From NCBI GenBank assembly GCA_039621445.1, contig CP154954.1:38959816-39023815 (forward strand): a stretch of 64,000 nucleotides of DNA. Direction: 5' to 3'. The translations under genes were made by a program, and so were the position numbers. Below the pieces are notes generated by a model. The model saw nothing but the letters and a program-made list of their open reading frames with translations. It was not told where the DNA came from and ran no database searches. Source of the DNA: Euglena gracilis (taxonomy: Eukaryota). Of the stretch, positions 39,041-53,438 are shown one piece after another. Positions within the stretch are counted from its first letter, which is position 1; the number at the start of each line of letters is the position of its first letter.

Positions 39041-40772
39041 GGCATCCTCCACCTACCACTGGTGCAGTAAATTGAAGCCCCCTTTTTGGGACAGCCTTTT
39101 AGCTCCTTGTGTTTTCTCCCCTTCTGACAACTGATGGCCCCAAATGGCCTTGAAATTGTTGGTCTTGAGTATTATGATGGGCCAAAAGGCTTTGATGAGA
39201 ATAATGCAGGCCCCAGTGGCCTTGATATCAATTCTGGCACAACTGGCCCTCTTGATCTTGAGCCCACCGGCCACCTGCAAACCTTGACAGTCGCCATTGC
39301 AAGCACACAACGAAAATTTGGCATGGAAATTGGTATTTGGCCGCAAATGATGGCCGCCTAAGGCCACTGGGGCAGCCAAAAAAGTTTGATTACCCACCCA
39401 ATAAAAAGCCCCCCTTAGGGGTCCTGAAATCCCGTCCAAATACAAAGCCATGGGGGCTTTATATTTCGGAGGGTTTACTAGCCGGTCACGGTCGCCGACT
39501 TGGGGGTGAAGAAACAAAAATTCGGAAGAAAAATTCCCGTTTTCAGCCATATTCCGGCAAATTTTTACCTTTGTGGTGCCCAGGAAAACCCGCCAAAATG
39601 ACCCCTCGGAAAAAAAGCTTCCCCTCCAAACAATTTTGCCAACATAAAGGGAGTTTGAGGGGGTGCGGGGGGGCGGTGGCCACCCCCCCCCCCGAGGAGG
39701 CCACAGGTCGACTCAGCTCGCCTTTGATGAATTGAAAGTTGGGGGTGCAGGGAGTGGGGGGGGCGAAATTTTGACCGAATTTTTTTTGGCAACAGGAAGG
39801 GATTTTGTCATTTTTTGGGGGCGTAGCATCCTTTGTTTCAGTGGTAAACCCGAGTTGAGGCACGGGTGGGGTCAGTTGGGTTAATGGTTTTCTGCCCCCT
39901 TGAGAAACAAAAGGTCATTTTTGGAATTCTAAATCCCCCACTAACTTTCTTCGTAGGTCCAAAACGGGGGGGTTATAAGTCGAGGTTTGGTGTGTGGCCA
40001 AAAAAGCCGTCCCAAAAATACCCCTGACTTGTGTACCAGAGGGGTAATTTGGGCAATTTCACAGGATTTTGCCAAATCCCCTCAGTGCCACACCTGTTTT
40101 TTTTCGGCCCAGCAACTTTGGCACATTTTTGCGTTTTGATTCCTCAGCATTTTTTTCCCATTTTTTTTGCCGGGGGGTCTTGAATCACAATTTGGTGATT
40201 GGGGGCAGGGTTTTTTTTTAAAGACCAGGAGTGGGGGAGAAGAGATGGCCAAAAAATCGTGAAAAATGCTAAGGGTGGCAACTTTTTCAAAAACTTTCGG
40301 TGCCGAAACGTATATCCCACCCCCCCCCCCCCGGGTGGGGGGGGGCTCGGCTGGACCCACCCTCTCCGGGGGATGGCATTTTTTGGGGGGGGTGTCCCAC
40401 TATTTAGTTTCCCGGGAACATCCAACGATTTTAATTTTGCCGACTGTAGGGGGGGAAATGGAGGCTAGGAGTACACTTCGGGGACCCCGCTCCGCCCCTT
40501 GTTCAGCGCAGGGCTCCAAGGGGGATTCAGCATTGGCGTGGGCAAACTTTGGGAGGGGGATGAGACAGGGGGGTTCTGGATCGACCCTACCCCCCCGGGG
40601 GTCCAAGACTTTAAAAAAAAAACCCCTGGTTTGGTCAAAAAATTTACCTTTTCGGAAAACCCCATCAAAAATGACCCCTCAGAAAAAAAGCAGCCCCCCA
40701 AAGAAGTTTGCCAGCAGAAAAGGATTTTGTTATTTAAGGGGGTGCGGGGGGAGGGGCGGTGGCCACTCCCCC

Positions 40773-41190
40773 CAGGGATGGATGGGAAGCCTTGAGGGGG
40801 GAGTGGGTCGGACCCCCCCTCCCGACACGGAGGGGGGGTGGGTCGGACCCCCCCTCCTACGTCGAAACTGAGGGGGGGGGGGGCGAAAAATTTTTGATTT
40901 CATGGACGGGCAAAGGGCAGGAAATCGGGTCGACATTGGCCAAAAATCCCTGATTTTTCTTCGAAAATCGATTCAAAAATGCTCATTTTTGAAATTTTTT
41001 GAACGTTTTTTTTGGGGGGGGGAAACACCATGTCCAAAAGTGAGCAAAAGGGGGTGTTTTTTGCTCATTTTCCGGCGCGCAGCGCCGGAAGAAAATTTTC
41101 TGCTATTTTTGGCGCCTGTCAAGGGGGGGTGTGGGGGTCCGGACACCCTACCACCTACCTCAATACCGAAGGGCTTCCCATCCATCCCTG
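40773..41190. mobile_element. hAT-like MITE with 8-bp TSD ACTCCCCC
   Basis: CAGGGATGGATGGGAAGCC / GGCTTCCCATCCATCCCTG; uninterrupted host repeat at ~39585-39900. Confidence 0.85.
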
Positions 41191-41854
41191 ACTCCCCCCC
41201 GGGAGGAGGCCGCAGGTCGACTAAGCTCGCCTTTGATGAATTAAAGGTTGGGGGTGGGGGTGACGAAAATTTTTTTGCCACAGGAAGGGATTTTGTGTTT
41301 TTTTTTGGGGGGGTTAGAATCGTTTGTTTCTTTGGGAAACCGAGCTTAGGTCCGGGTGGGTGCGGTTGGGCTAATAGTTTCTGCCCCCTTGAAACAAAGC
41401 ACTGCCGTTGTAACGGATTTTCGTGCTATACGTGGTGCTTTGCCAAAATTGGCCATACATTTCTCATGTGTGTCATCTGGGTGACCACACTTGCGCAGGA
41501 TGCCCAATTGGCCCAATTTTGATTTTGGCTAGGAATTCTGCTCAGGAATTGTTCAAAGAGGAGGGTTTAAAAAAGTTTCCGAACTTGGCCCGTTAGTCGG
41601 CCGATTTCCCCCCCCCCACGCCAACAACCCGTCTCGCCGACCAAGCCCAGTCGGCCGACGAAACGACCCCCACCCCCCCAGCCATGGTCTGGTCGAGGTA
41701 ATGCTAATCCCCTTTCTCCGCATTCTGTGAAATAAAAATTTAGATGAAATTCTTTTTAAAAAAAGCACGGGCCAGGATCCTTCTTGAATGCTAATACCAA
41801 CTTTTGAATGTGAACACCCACAAAAAAAATCAAAAATCAGGGAGGTGATCCAAC

Positions 41855-42174
41855 CATGCTTGTGCTTACCAACCGGGGGGGGGAGGGGGGGGGTGGGTGC
41901 TATAAGGTGCCTGCCCCTAGCAGGCACACCCCCCCCGGGGGGGGGGGATAGGGGTCCGGGCCGGACCCAGAAAATTTTCATTGAAAATGGCCGTTTCCGG
42001 GCCCCCGGCGCCTTCGGCGCCGGGGTCGGAGGGGGGTGCCTGCTAGGGGCAGGCACCCCCCGAAACCCTACCCCCCCGGGGGGGGGGGGTCGGATCGGGT
42101 GCTATGGGGTGCCTGCCCCTAGCACCCACCCCCCCCCCCCCCGTGGGGTAGGCACCCGACTAAGCTCAAGCATG
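41855..42174. mobile_element. hAT-like MITE (CA[G/T]GCTTGTGCT family), TSD GATCCAAC
   Basis: Perfect 8-bp TSD at 41847-54 and 42175-82. Confidence 0.88.
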
Positions 42175-42354
42175 GATCCAACTCTCATTTGGGATGAAAT
42201 ATGCATCTAAAAGCAAAGGCTCCGCCTCTGTTTGGACAGAGAAAATTGTGCCAGTGTGCAACTGTGGCGACAATTTTGCAGTGCGAACCGTTGGGGCAGC
42301 TTCCGGTGGTGTTCAGCAGGGTTTTTTTTAAAGCCCGGGGGGCACCCACCCACC

Positions 42355-42654
42355 CAGGGGTTTTTTTAAGACCGGGGGTGGGGAGGGGGGGGGCCCCCCC
42401 CCCCCCACCCACCCCCCTGGGGGGGGCCCCCCCGGGGGGGGGGGGAGGGGGTCCCGGGGGACCCACAAAAAATGGCCGAAAAATCGCGAAAAATGCTAAA
42501 AATAGAATTTTTCGGCGCCTGCGGCGCCGAAAAGTATATCCCACCCCCCTCCGGGGGGACCCCCCCCGGGGGGGGGGGAGGGGGTCTGGCGGACCCCCCC
42601 CCCCCACCCCACCCCCTCGCCCCCCCCGGGGGTCCAAACTTAAAAAAATCCCTG
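42355..42654. mobile_element. hAT-like MITE, TSD CACCCACC
   Basis: CAGGGGTTTTTTTAAG / CTTAAAAAAATCCCTG; perfect 8-bp TSD. Confidence 0.8.
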
Positions 42655-43139
42655 CACCCACCCCTGGCACCGAAAAATATACCCCACTCCTCCCTTTGAG
42701 GGGGGGGGGGGCTCGGCTGGACCAACCCCCCCCCCCGAGGAGAGTTGCAAAAGTTGTTGGCGGTTCCCCAAAACTTTCAAGCATCGAGCCAATGCCTTTC
42801 AAACCCGGAACCCTCCAAGGATACATTACACTTCTTCCACGCGCTTGCTTTATTACACAAGGTTCAATTCAGCACTTTCCTGATCAAAGTTTGGGACAAT
42901 AGACAATATTTCACATTGAAGATACCTTTCATCATTTGTTGATTATGTCAACTTTCACTTTTATTTCATTTGTATTATCATTTTTTAGCAAAAATGCGTG
43001 CGGCGTTATGATACAGCAGCAACAGCAACGACAACGACAACGACAACAGCAACGTTTTTTGGACCTTTGGGGCATAAGCATTGGCAATCAGGATGAATTC
43101 AACCAACCGGGGGGGGGGGGGTTTGGGGTGCCCCGGGGG

Positions 43140-43471
43140 CAGGGCAGAACGGGAAGGCCTGGTGGGGGGTCGACCCCCCACACCTTCACAGCATTTTTTT
43201 TGGACATTCAACGGCATTTTTTTGCTTCAAAAACCTCTCAAAATCAACATTTTGAGAAAACGTTGAATTTTTGGAAGGTGTGAAAAATGGGGTTTGGGGT
43301 GGTTTTTGGGGGGACCCCCCCATATGGGTCCCAAATGGGTCAAAAAAACACCCGGCGCCGGAAAATTTTTTCCGGGTCCAAAAATTGGTGCTCCTGGAAA
43401 TACGGGAACAGGGGTGGGGGGGACCCCCACCCCACCACCCTGGCCGTTCGGCCGATTCCCGTTCTGCCCTG
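43140..43471. mobile_element. hAT-like MITE (CAGGGCAGAACGGGAA family)
   Basis: 16-bp TIR; flanks CCCGGGGG / CCTGGGGG; a related left end lies at ~61220. Confidence 0.75.
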
Positions 43472-43689
43472 CCTGGGGGGGGTCCACAATCATGGGCCAA
43501 AAAAAGCCCCAAAAATGGGCTTTTCTGGACTTTGGCAGGGCTGTGCTGGAAGGCTTGATGGGGGGGGATCGACGCCCCCCACCCACCATGGCACCGCCCA
43601 AAGAAAATTTTTTCCGAAGGCGACGAAAGAAAATTTTGACCCAAAAAACTGGCGCCACCGGAAATGGGGTCGACCCCCCATCCAGGGGG

Positions 43690-46600
43690 TTGTGGGAATT
43701 CCTGCACAGCCGTGACTTCCAAAACCTTGGGTTCCGGAAATGCTTTGGCCAAGTGCCCAAACACCTTAAAATTCGGCCCATTGGCAACACCACAAAACCA
43801 CTCAATAGCTTGCTCATTGTTGGCCAATGGGGGGGAACAGGGAACCAACAACCCAACGACCCAAAGGCCCTGGTGGTGTTGCGTTGTGGATGCGGATCCC
43901 CTCGCTTGCCACAAGGCCTTGCGGGCTGTTGGTGCAAACACAACCACACAACCACCACCCAGCCATACCCCCAAACCCCCCCCACCCACCCACCCACTTG
44001 CACACATACACACATAACCCACGCAGGGGAACACACACACGCACACACACACGCACACACGCACGCACACACCCACACACACACACAACACGCACCTCAG
44101 TGCCAGGCTACCCCACACCTGTTTTTTTTTTCGGCACAGCAATTTTGGCACATTTTTGCCTTTTGATTCCTCAACATTTTTTGCCATTTTTTTTTGCCTT
44201 CGGGGGAGTCATAAATCACAATTTGGTGGTTGGGGGCAGGGTTTTTTTAAAAAAAAAGACCAGGAGTGGGGGAGGGGGGATCCCACTCACTTTCCCCCCA
44301 AAGTGGCCAAAAAATCGCGAAAAAATGCTAAGAATGGCACCTTTTTCAAAAACTTTCGGCACCAAAAAGTATATCCCACCCCCGGGTGGGGGGGACCCAC
44401 CCCCCCTACCCCCCCTCAGGGTCCAAGGCTATAAAAAAAAACCCCTGGTTGGGGTCAAAAAGGGGGGGGATTATGGGGGGATTATGGGGGGATTATAAAT
44501 ACATCACTCTTCAAAAAAGAAACTCATTTTAGAACACAACCACTCCAAAGACGGCAGCATTGCCACACCTTCAAGACAACCGTCCTTCGGCTGCAAACAC
44601 TGCGCCTTCTTGTTGGGGAACACCTGGAAGACCTTCCCAATTCCCAGGGGGCTTGAAGAAATGCAACTGCGGCCACCCAGGGCCAGGCACAGCTCCTTGC
44701 AGGCAAATGTCCTATCACCTGAGAATGGGGGGATGGATGAGGGAGAGAATGCAAGGGTTTCTTTTCTCGGCCTTCGCCGGGCTGGTCCACAGCGGGGTGT
44801 TCCCCAGCGGACCCTGAGGGTGGGTCCACAGGGCTTGACCCCCCTTGGCAGGGGGGGGGGTGGCTATACTTTTCGGCGTCGAAAGTTTTTGAAAAACGTG
44901 CTATTTTTAGCATTTTTCGCGATTTTTGGCCATTTTCGGGGAAACGTGAGTGGGTTCCCCATCCCCCGGGCCCCAGCGAGTGGGTGGGAGAGCCCCCTCC
45001 CACCCCCAGTCTGAAAAAAAATCCCTGCCCCCAACTACCAAACTGTGATTTAATCCAGCGGGGGGGTCCAGCCGGCTGGCAGCTGGACCCGGCGGGAAAC
45101 CCCACCCCTAAAAAACTTATGTATAAAAAAGCAGAATTTCCTGAAAGGAAGGCAGCACAACCCAGAAAATCCGTCTGGAGTGAAAAGGAATGGAAGGAAA
45201 GCTGATCCCAGCAGTTCTGAAGCTGCCCCCACCCCCTGGTGTAAAACCGTTTGGAGACGGACACCAACTCTTTCACAGGATTTCCACCGTCCCCCCCCCC
45301 CATTCGCAAACACCCGGGGCAAAATGGTCAATCCCCGACCTGAACAACAGGGCGGCCAAACAGACTGACTTTTGGCCTGGCGAGAAGGGATGGGGGGATG
45401 TCACCCCAAATCAACCCAAAACATTATTTGGGGCACGTTTCGGGGCACATTTTGCCGAAAAATGCCAAAAAAAGTTTCGGTGCAGGGCGCCGGAAAAGAA
45501 AATTTCGACGCTCTGGGGGCCCCTCTGGGGTCGGTCTGGACACCTTCCCTTGGCAGGTGGGTGGGGTGATGGGCATCCTCCCTGCAGTCAGGGGTAACGG
45601 CAAAACCGAAGCCATGACACCCTACATCTGAGATTTTGGCAGACATGGGCCCACGCACGCACGCACCTCTGGGCTGCCATCAGCTTGCGATATGCTGCCG
45701 CCGCCGCCTCCGGCTGCCCTTATCAACGCCGGGGGCGCCAGGTTGTTCTTTACCAACCCCGGGGGGGAGGGGGGGGGTCCGGAGTGCCTTTGAGTGCCTG
45801 CCCAGGCAGGCATTACCCCCCAGGGGGTGCTCTGCCCTTTGAACAACAACTTTTCTTCAGCAAACATCTGTGGGTGCAGCCGGGATTGCAGCCCTGGGCC
45901 AATGCCACCCCCAAAACATTTTGTCAGCAGGCAATCCAAGCATCAGTCAGTCGGATCAAACAGACAACATGCCAGGGCAAACCACCGAATTGGCTAACCC
46001 CCCACTGCTTACCCTTATTGTTCCCTTCCATATTATCATTCATTCTTGCACTCACCCATTGCTGGCTGGGCCCAAGGTGGCAAATGGCAGGGGGTGGCAA
46101 GAGGTGGCAAGAGGAACCGGGTTGAAGGGCAGGCAAATGCCAACAACGGCACGGTAGAGGGAGGCCAACCGCACGGCTGGAAAAGCAAATAGAAACGGGC
46201 GCGGCACGGGAGCACCGCAGAAAGAGGGCCAATCAAAGAGGCCCCATGCAAGCGTTGAAAGGTTGCAGCGTGGCAAGGTTGCAAAGGACCAAGAAGGTGG
46301 CAAGGCAAGCGTGAAGCCCAACAAGAGGAGGAGGAAACAAACTCAACATGGATTTTCAACCCTCTGTCGCCCACGCTGGCTTCTTTCCAGCTTGGCGTGG
46401 CGTGGGACTGTTGAGTGCCTGGCAATGGCATCATATGCCCAGTGGCGTGGCCCATGGGCTGCCTGCAATCCCTTCTTGGTTTTGGGGGGGAGGGGAAGCA
46501 TTATTTTTTTCAGCAATGACCTTGGCCGGTTTCACCCCCCCTGTCTAATCAACGAAAAAGATGGGTGAGCACTGGGGGTGGGGTATCCACTTTGTCAAAA

Positions 46601-49023
46601 TGTGGGTAAGAACCAGGGCAGCGTCAATATTTCGCCTAACCAGGCTTCAGAAATTCTCCAAAATTTCGAATATTTTGAAAAAAATTCTAAAAACGCACAC
46701 AACATATACCTCCCCAAGATGACCGTTGAAAAGGTGGTCTGAGCACCCCCGCTCCTTCGCTTGCCCCCGCTCCTGCACCGCCTGGCCGCCGCTGCCTCCC
46801 TTCAGTGCCCCCTGCTCACACAAACCCAACCAGGAAAACCAAAACCACCACAAACTATGTCGTCTCCTCTGCACTGTGCATATGTGCATATGGGTATGTG
46901 TGCATGTGCGTACGTACGTGTGCACATATGTGTGGGTGTGGGTGTGGGTGTGGGTGTGGGTGTGCGGTTGCGTGTATATATGTTTGTATGCGTGTGTATA
47001 TGTGTGTGTATGTGTGTGTATGTGCACAAGCGTTCTCAAAAGAAAATGCTCAGCTTTCTGCCTGCAGCGCATTGCATGGCCACCAAAGACACGTACAGCT
47101 CACAAAAAAAAACAACGTCAACTGCGAATTGCTTTCCGGTGGCAGGGGGCGCTGGGTTGGCGGGGGGAGGTGGGCGTTGGGCTGGCAATGGGCGGCGCGG
47201 CGGCGCTGTATTGGTGGAAAGGACCTGAATGCCGAGGGGGTGGGGAAAGGACAACCACACGGGTCTACCGCGCAAGCAGAATCCTGACTCCAGGGTTTCG
47301 GGGGGACCCTCGCAGTTTTCCCTGAAAACGGCCAAAAAAGTCGCGAAAAATGCTGAAAATAGCACCTTCTTCGAAAATTTTCGACCCCTTGGGACCGAAA
47401 AGTAAAAGTGCACTTTGCTCGGCCGGACACCCCCGGGTCCAAGACTGAAAAAGCCCCTGAACCTAAAATATCCAGCCTGCGTGGAGGCTCAGGTGAGCAA
47501 TTTTGCCAGAGCATGTTGTGAACAAAGAATTGAACGCGGATTTGTCACGTGAAATGCCTGGGGGGAGGCACACCCTCTCCATGGCCCCCACACTAACGCC
47601 CAGAAAGAGAGAAATTTTTAGTTTTAATTTTTGCACCCCCAACCCTCCGCAAAAAAGAAACAGACCAAAACAAAAACATTTGGGAGATCAGCACATCAGA
47701 TCAGAACAGGCTTGTGCTTACCGACCGGGGGGGGGGGGCAGGGTTCGATATAAGGACAGGTGGGGGGGGGTGGTCCGGACCCCCCCCTGCGGGCCAGGAG
47801 GGGGGGGGGGGGGGGGGGGGGGGGGGTGGGGGGGGGACACCCCCCCCACCTAAACAGGTGCGCGGTCAGGGTGGCCGAATTTTCGGCCCGGCGCGAAGCG
47901 CCGGGCCGAAAATTTTTGACCCCCCAAAACGACCAAAAGTGCCATTTTGGGCACTTTTTGGGCAAAAATGTGCCAAAAATGCAAAAAATTTTCGGCGCGA
48001 AGCGCCGGAGGAAAAAATTGACCCTTTTTGGGGGGGGTCAATTTTTGCCCCCGAGGGTCGGTCCGGACCCCCCTTGCAGGTGGGGGGGGGGGTGGTCCGG
48101 AACCCCCCCTGCGGGCCAGGAGGGGGGAGGGGGTGGGGGGGGACACCCCCCCCACCTAAACCATGTACGCCCTCCTTATATCGAACCCTGGGGGGGGGGG
48201 GAGGGGGCTGCTGCGGCTGGGCTGGGCCCAAATCGGCGGGGGCTGGCTGCAGCCACTCCCCCGGGGGGGTTCGCAAAACCTTTGAGAGATGTATGGGCAC
48301 ATTTGAGAACCAACCGACCCCCCTGGGGGGGGTTGGATGGGTGGGGTGCCTGCCCCTAGCACCCCCCCCCCCGTGGGGCAGCCACCCAACTAAGCACAAG
48401 CCTGGATCAGAAAATGTTTTGAGTGGCTTCGAAAAGCTCCCAATATTGCATTTTCAGGGGGGTTTTCACCAAATTGAGAAAAACAGATGACAAAACCAAA
48501 AGTTTTCCGGTGCAAAGCTCCAGGAAGCAACTAATAACACCGGAGCTCCCCAATAATGACAAAAATATTATCCAAAAAGCCAGCATGAGATTATGCGGGG
48601 CACAGCATTCCTGATTTGAGAACCGGGCAACCAGGCATTCCGCTACATGTGTTTGTCCTTGACCCTGTTGTCGGTTTCTTTCTGCTGAAGCGGAATGCGC
48701 ACACTTGCACACTTTATTAGCCCCCCTTCCCATTGACACAGCAGCACACACCTGACAGCGAGCGGACCGGTGGGCAGGTGGAGGTGGGGGAAGACCGCAG
48801 CCCGCCCCCGCGCCTTCGCTTGCCCCCGCTCCTGCGCCGCCTGGCCGCCGCTGCCTCCCTTCAGTGCCCCCTGCTCACACAAGCAAACCAAAAACACAAA
48901 ATCCACCACAAACTGCAGTGCCCGTTCTGCATGTGATGTGTATTCCACGCATCATGCTGAAAGCGCATATGCCCGCGCGTGTGTGTGCGTGTGCATGTGT
49001 GTGTTTGTGTGCGTGTACGTGTG

Positions 49024-49054
<31 letters not shown>

Positions 49055-52000
49055 TGGTGTGTGCGCAAACTTCCTCAAAAAAAAAACATGCTCTGCTTTG
49101 TTCCTGTAATGAACGTCCACCTGGGGGAAACAACAACGCGTCCAATTCACACAAAAAAATGTCAACCACAAGCTTTTGTGTGGTAGCACGGGGCACTGGC
49201 TGAGGGGGAGGTGGGTGTTCAGCTGGCAATGGCTTCCTTCCTCATCCGATTTTCTTCCTTATTCTTCCTTCTTCGATCATTCCTTCTTCCTCAACTTCTT
49301 CTTTCTTCCTTCTCCTCCTTTCTTTCTTCTTCTTCTTCCTGTCTTCTCCTTCTCCTTCTCCTTCTCCTTCTTCTTTCTTCTTCTTCCTTCTTCCTCTTCC
49401 TTCAACTTCTTCTTTCTGCCTTCTTCTTCTTCCTCCTCCTCCTTCATCTTCCTTTTCTCATTCCATCATCTGCTCCCTTCTTCTTCTTCTTCCTTTTTCT
49501 TCTTCCTTCTCGTTTCATCACCTTCTTCCTTACGTCATCTTCTTCCTTCTTCTTTTTCCTTCGTTTTCCTCCTTTTCGTTCTTGGAGAGGACCTGAACGA
49601 CGAAGGGTGTGGGGAGGGACAACCACACAAAATTCTGGGGAAAGTGCAGTGTTGCTGCTGGTCACCTTCAAAAGAAACTAGCCACATCCAGCCCCAACGG
49701 GAAAAGTTCAGCCTCCAAGCCACGCTACTTTTCTTCTCGTGATCATTTGGAAACCCCCTTTAAAAAAGATGTTTGGCCCAAATGTCATCAGAAAATCATT
49801 TAAAAAAAAGCTTTCAATGACGAACCACATTTGGCCGAAATGCCTTAAAACACATCAGAAAAACAATTAAAACACCTTTAAAAATGCATTCTGGAAAAAA
49901 ATTCTCTGACCGAGCAAGAATGCTGCGACAAAATCTCGGCAAGAAAAAAAACAAGCCAACTGCTGGGGGGAAAAAAGCTTCCTGGCATCGCTGGAACGTT
50001 GCCTCTCCACAAGCAACAAGCGAAACAATGGGGAATTTTTCAACTTTTTTGTCTTTAAACCTGGTTCGATGGCGTTTGGACTGCCCTTTGAAAATAGAAC
50101 CTTTTTCAAAATGGTAAAAATCGTTCAAAAACAAGCAGCCTGAACAACCTAAAAAAATAAAAAAACCAAAAAAAAAAAAAACAAAAAACACCCGCAAGCT
50201 ACTCAAACAACCACACACAAAACCCCCCACTCAGACCCCAACCCCCCCACGACGCGACAACCACCCCCACCGCACCCACGGACAGCCCCCGGCCCGCCGG
50301 GGGCCCCCCGGCACCCCAAACACAAAGCATCCTAAAAAAAAAGTTTGAGAATTTCCGCCTTGGAATTCTCGCCTGGCCTCCCAATGGATTGTATCATCGG
50401 ACCTGGGGTGGGTCCACAGACCGGTTGGGAGCTCCTGGCTGGAAAAAGTGCAGGCACGCTTGCTGGACCCCCCTTGGGGGTCCGGGGGGGGGGGGGTCCG
50501 GTCGGCTGGCAGCCGTTATTACCTAATCGAGTGCTCGGCCCAATGCACCCACGTGCATCCGGGGGGGGGGGGGGCGGTGGGGGCTGGTGGTGGACCGGTG
50601 GTGGGTTGGGTTGCGAAACCATTTCACGCCAACGGGGGGGGGGGGGGGCAGGCAGACCGCCACAGCGGAGCTGGCCTCCTTCCCCGCCGCGCTGTCCCAG
50701 TGCTCCGGCGGCGGCCAAGTCTGGTCCCCGGGGACGTCCTCGCCCTGCACACCACCGAGAGAGGGGGGGGGTGGGCGCTGGGGACTCTCTGGGGCGTAGA
50801 AGCAAGAACAGGGGGGGAATTGGGCCCGTCTGAATGAAGGGGCCCTGGGGAGGGAATTCATCATATCCACCTCCCCCCCCGTTGTGTGAATGTCAAGGTC
50901 CTTGACATATGCGTTGGCCCAGATATCCAGCAATTCAGGTTTTAATGCTGTTCCCCCTCCTGATTCAGGCGGATCGAAACAGCAAGAATACCTCTAAAAT
51001 CAAAAACCGGGGTGGGCCATCAAAGAACGCGATGCAAAAAAACCGCAAAAAAAAACCGCAAAAAGAAATGGAAACTGCAGATAAGATCCTTTAGGAGCTG
51101 CCCGCTTTTCCGCAGAAAATTTTTTCATTTTGTGTGGAAAAAAGGATTTTGTTACCCAAAAACCCCCCAAAAATGCAAAAATGACAAAAAATTAACAAAA
51201 TTCTTTGTTTTCAGAGACAGAATGAGGAATTTTTCAATTGTCAAAAATTTCACCAAATTTTATCCAAAAAATGGCGCGGGAAAAAAAAGCACACACAATT
51301 CTTGCCAAAATTGAAAACCGCAAACCGCAAAGTGGCACTTGCACCCCCCTCCCCTGCAAAATGCCAATTATGCTTGAAAAAATGACCATAATTTGACCTT
51401 GCTGGCCCATTTTGGTCCTGTTTCTTTTTTTTTGCACCTCCAACAGCTGAGCGCTCGAAAAAGCTAAAACTTGATGGGGGTGCTTCGGCTGGGCCAGATT
51501 GACGCCAGCTCTCCTGTCCACCCCCCCTTCCCTTTTGGGAAAGCGGGGGGGGGGGGTGAGGTCGCGCGGGCATTAAACGAACCTGTGGTCCTGCCACCCC
51601 TTTGGCCAAGCAAGGCAGGCGGTGAAAAAAAAAAAGCTGCCAGCTGGTCACCAACCTAAGCCTGACCAGGGGTCGAACCGGGCACCAGGGAACCGAAACC
51701 GCGAAAATTGCACCAAGCAAAATGCCTGAAATTTTATCCAAAATAATGCACACAACCCCCAAGTTATCCTTGAAAATTGACAAGGTTGCTCTTTAGAGGA
51801 TTGAGAAGCGGCTGTGGTGGCACCACCTCCAGGAAATTTTTTTCAAAGCGCCTTAAAAAGACTTTAAAAAAAAACCTTCAAAAACCTCAGAAACCTGAAA
51901 AAAATTGGCCAGGGAAAAATTTTCGAATTTTGAGCAAAAAAAGAAATTGCAGAAACTCGGCAGAAACAGGTCAACTGTGGGGGAAAAAAATGCTTTTTGG

Positions 52001-53407
52001 CACCGCTGGAACATTGTACAACCACTCAAAACTCGAAAAAAAATGCTCTTCAACCTGGCCCCACGTTGGTTCGATGTCCGAAAAGCACTTTGACATTTGA
52101 AAAATAGACGCCTTGAAAAATTATTCAAATTTTGATAATGCCTTAAAAAACCCTCAAAAAACCCTTCAAAAAAAACGGCACAAAAAAGCTACTCCTGAAG
52201 ATCTTTGCCTGATGACTCATCACCCCCTAAATGGCTGGGTTGCGGATCAAAATGGGCTCGGACCCCCCAACCTTGCCTTTATGTCGACCTCTGCCCCAGA
52301 AGTTTGCGTTGTGTCCTTTTGGTGTGGGTGGACCCAATTCTGTAAGCTTTCTTTCATCGATTCATTTCTTTCAGGAAAGCAACTGATTTCACCAAGGGAG
52401 CAGATGCCCCAATAAACAAGCAAATGGACTCAAGATGGTTTGACCCTGCCGTTTTGACCCTGCCGTTTGGGGGGGGGGGAGGGTCGCACAGATGGCCCCA
52501 ATTTACACAAAAAAGGCCAAATTTTGCGATTGTGGGGTGGTGACCAGCAGCGGCTCAGGTGATTCTGGGGTTTTGGGGGGTGGGGAACCCAGCTGACCTG
52601 GTCCCGGGGATTGGTTGTTCTTTTTGGCACACCCCATTTCCTGGCATTGAGGCAATCTGGCCCCGAAAATCACGCCCCCCACGCACCCTCCCCCGAACAA
52701 CACCCAAAAATTGTGCGAATTTTGCTATTTGGGGGGATTGAGCAGCAGTGGTTCTGATATTCATGTGGTTTTGGGGGGGTCGGGAACCCACCCCTGGTCC
52801 CGGGGGCAGGTGACACATTTTGGCACACACACCATGCCCCGATTGATGCAAAAAATGGTCGAATTTTGGGGGGGATACGGCTGCTGAACCCCCCCCGAAT
52901 CGCAAAATTTTTTGCCGATTTTCAGCTGTTGAAGGGGGGGGAGCGGGGGGCATGGTTATCAAAGCCAGATCGAATGCCAGATTAAATGCCAGGAAACGCG
53001 GGGGGCCAAAACGTGCCACCAGCCCCCGGACTGGGTCCCTGACACTGACCCTAACCCTGTTCCTTCACGAACCAAAAACCCTGCCGTTTTGACCCTGCCG
53101 TTTGGGGGGGGAGGGTCGCACAGATGGCCCCAATTTACACAAAAAAGGCCAAATTTTGCGATTGTGGGGTGGTGACCAGCAGCGGCTAAGCTGATTGGGT
53201 GGCGCACCCGCACACTGGCCCCGACATCACGCCCCCACGCCCCCCCCCCAAACAACACCCAAAAAAAATTTGGGGGGATTGAGCATCAGCTGACATTCAC
53301 CACCCCAACCTGGCCCGGAACCCACACCCCATTTCCTGGCATCCCCAAAACGCCCCCACAAATCACCACCCACCCCCCACCCCAATGACACACAAAACAA
53401 CCCAAAA

Positions 53408-53438
<31 letters not shown>

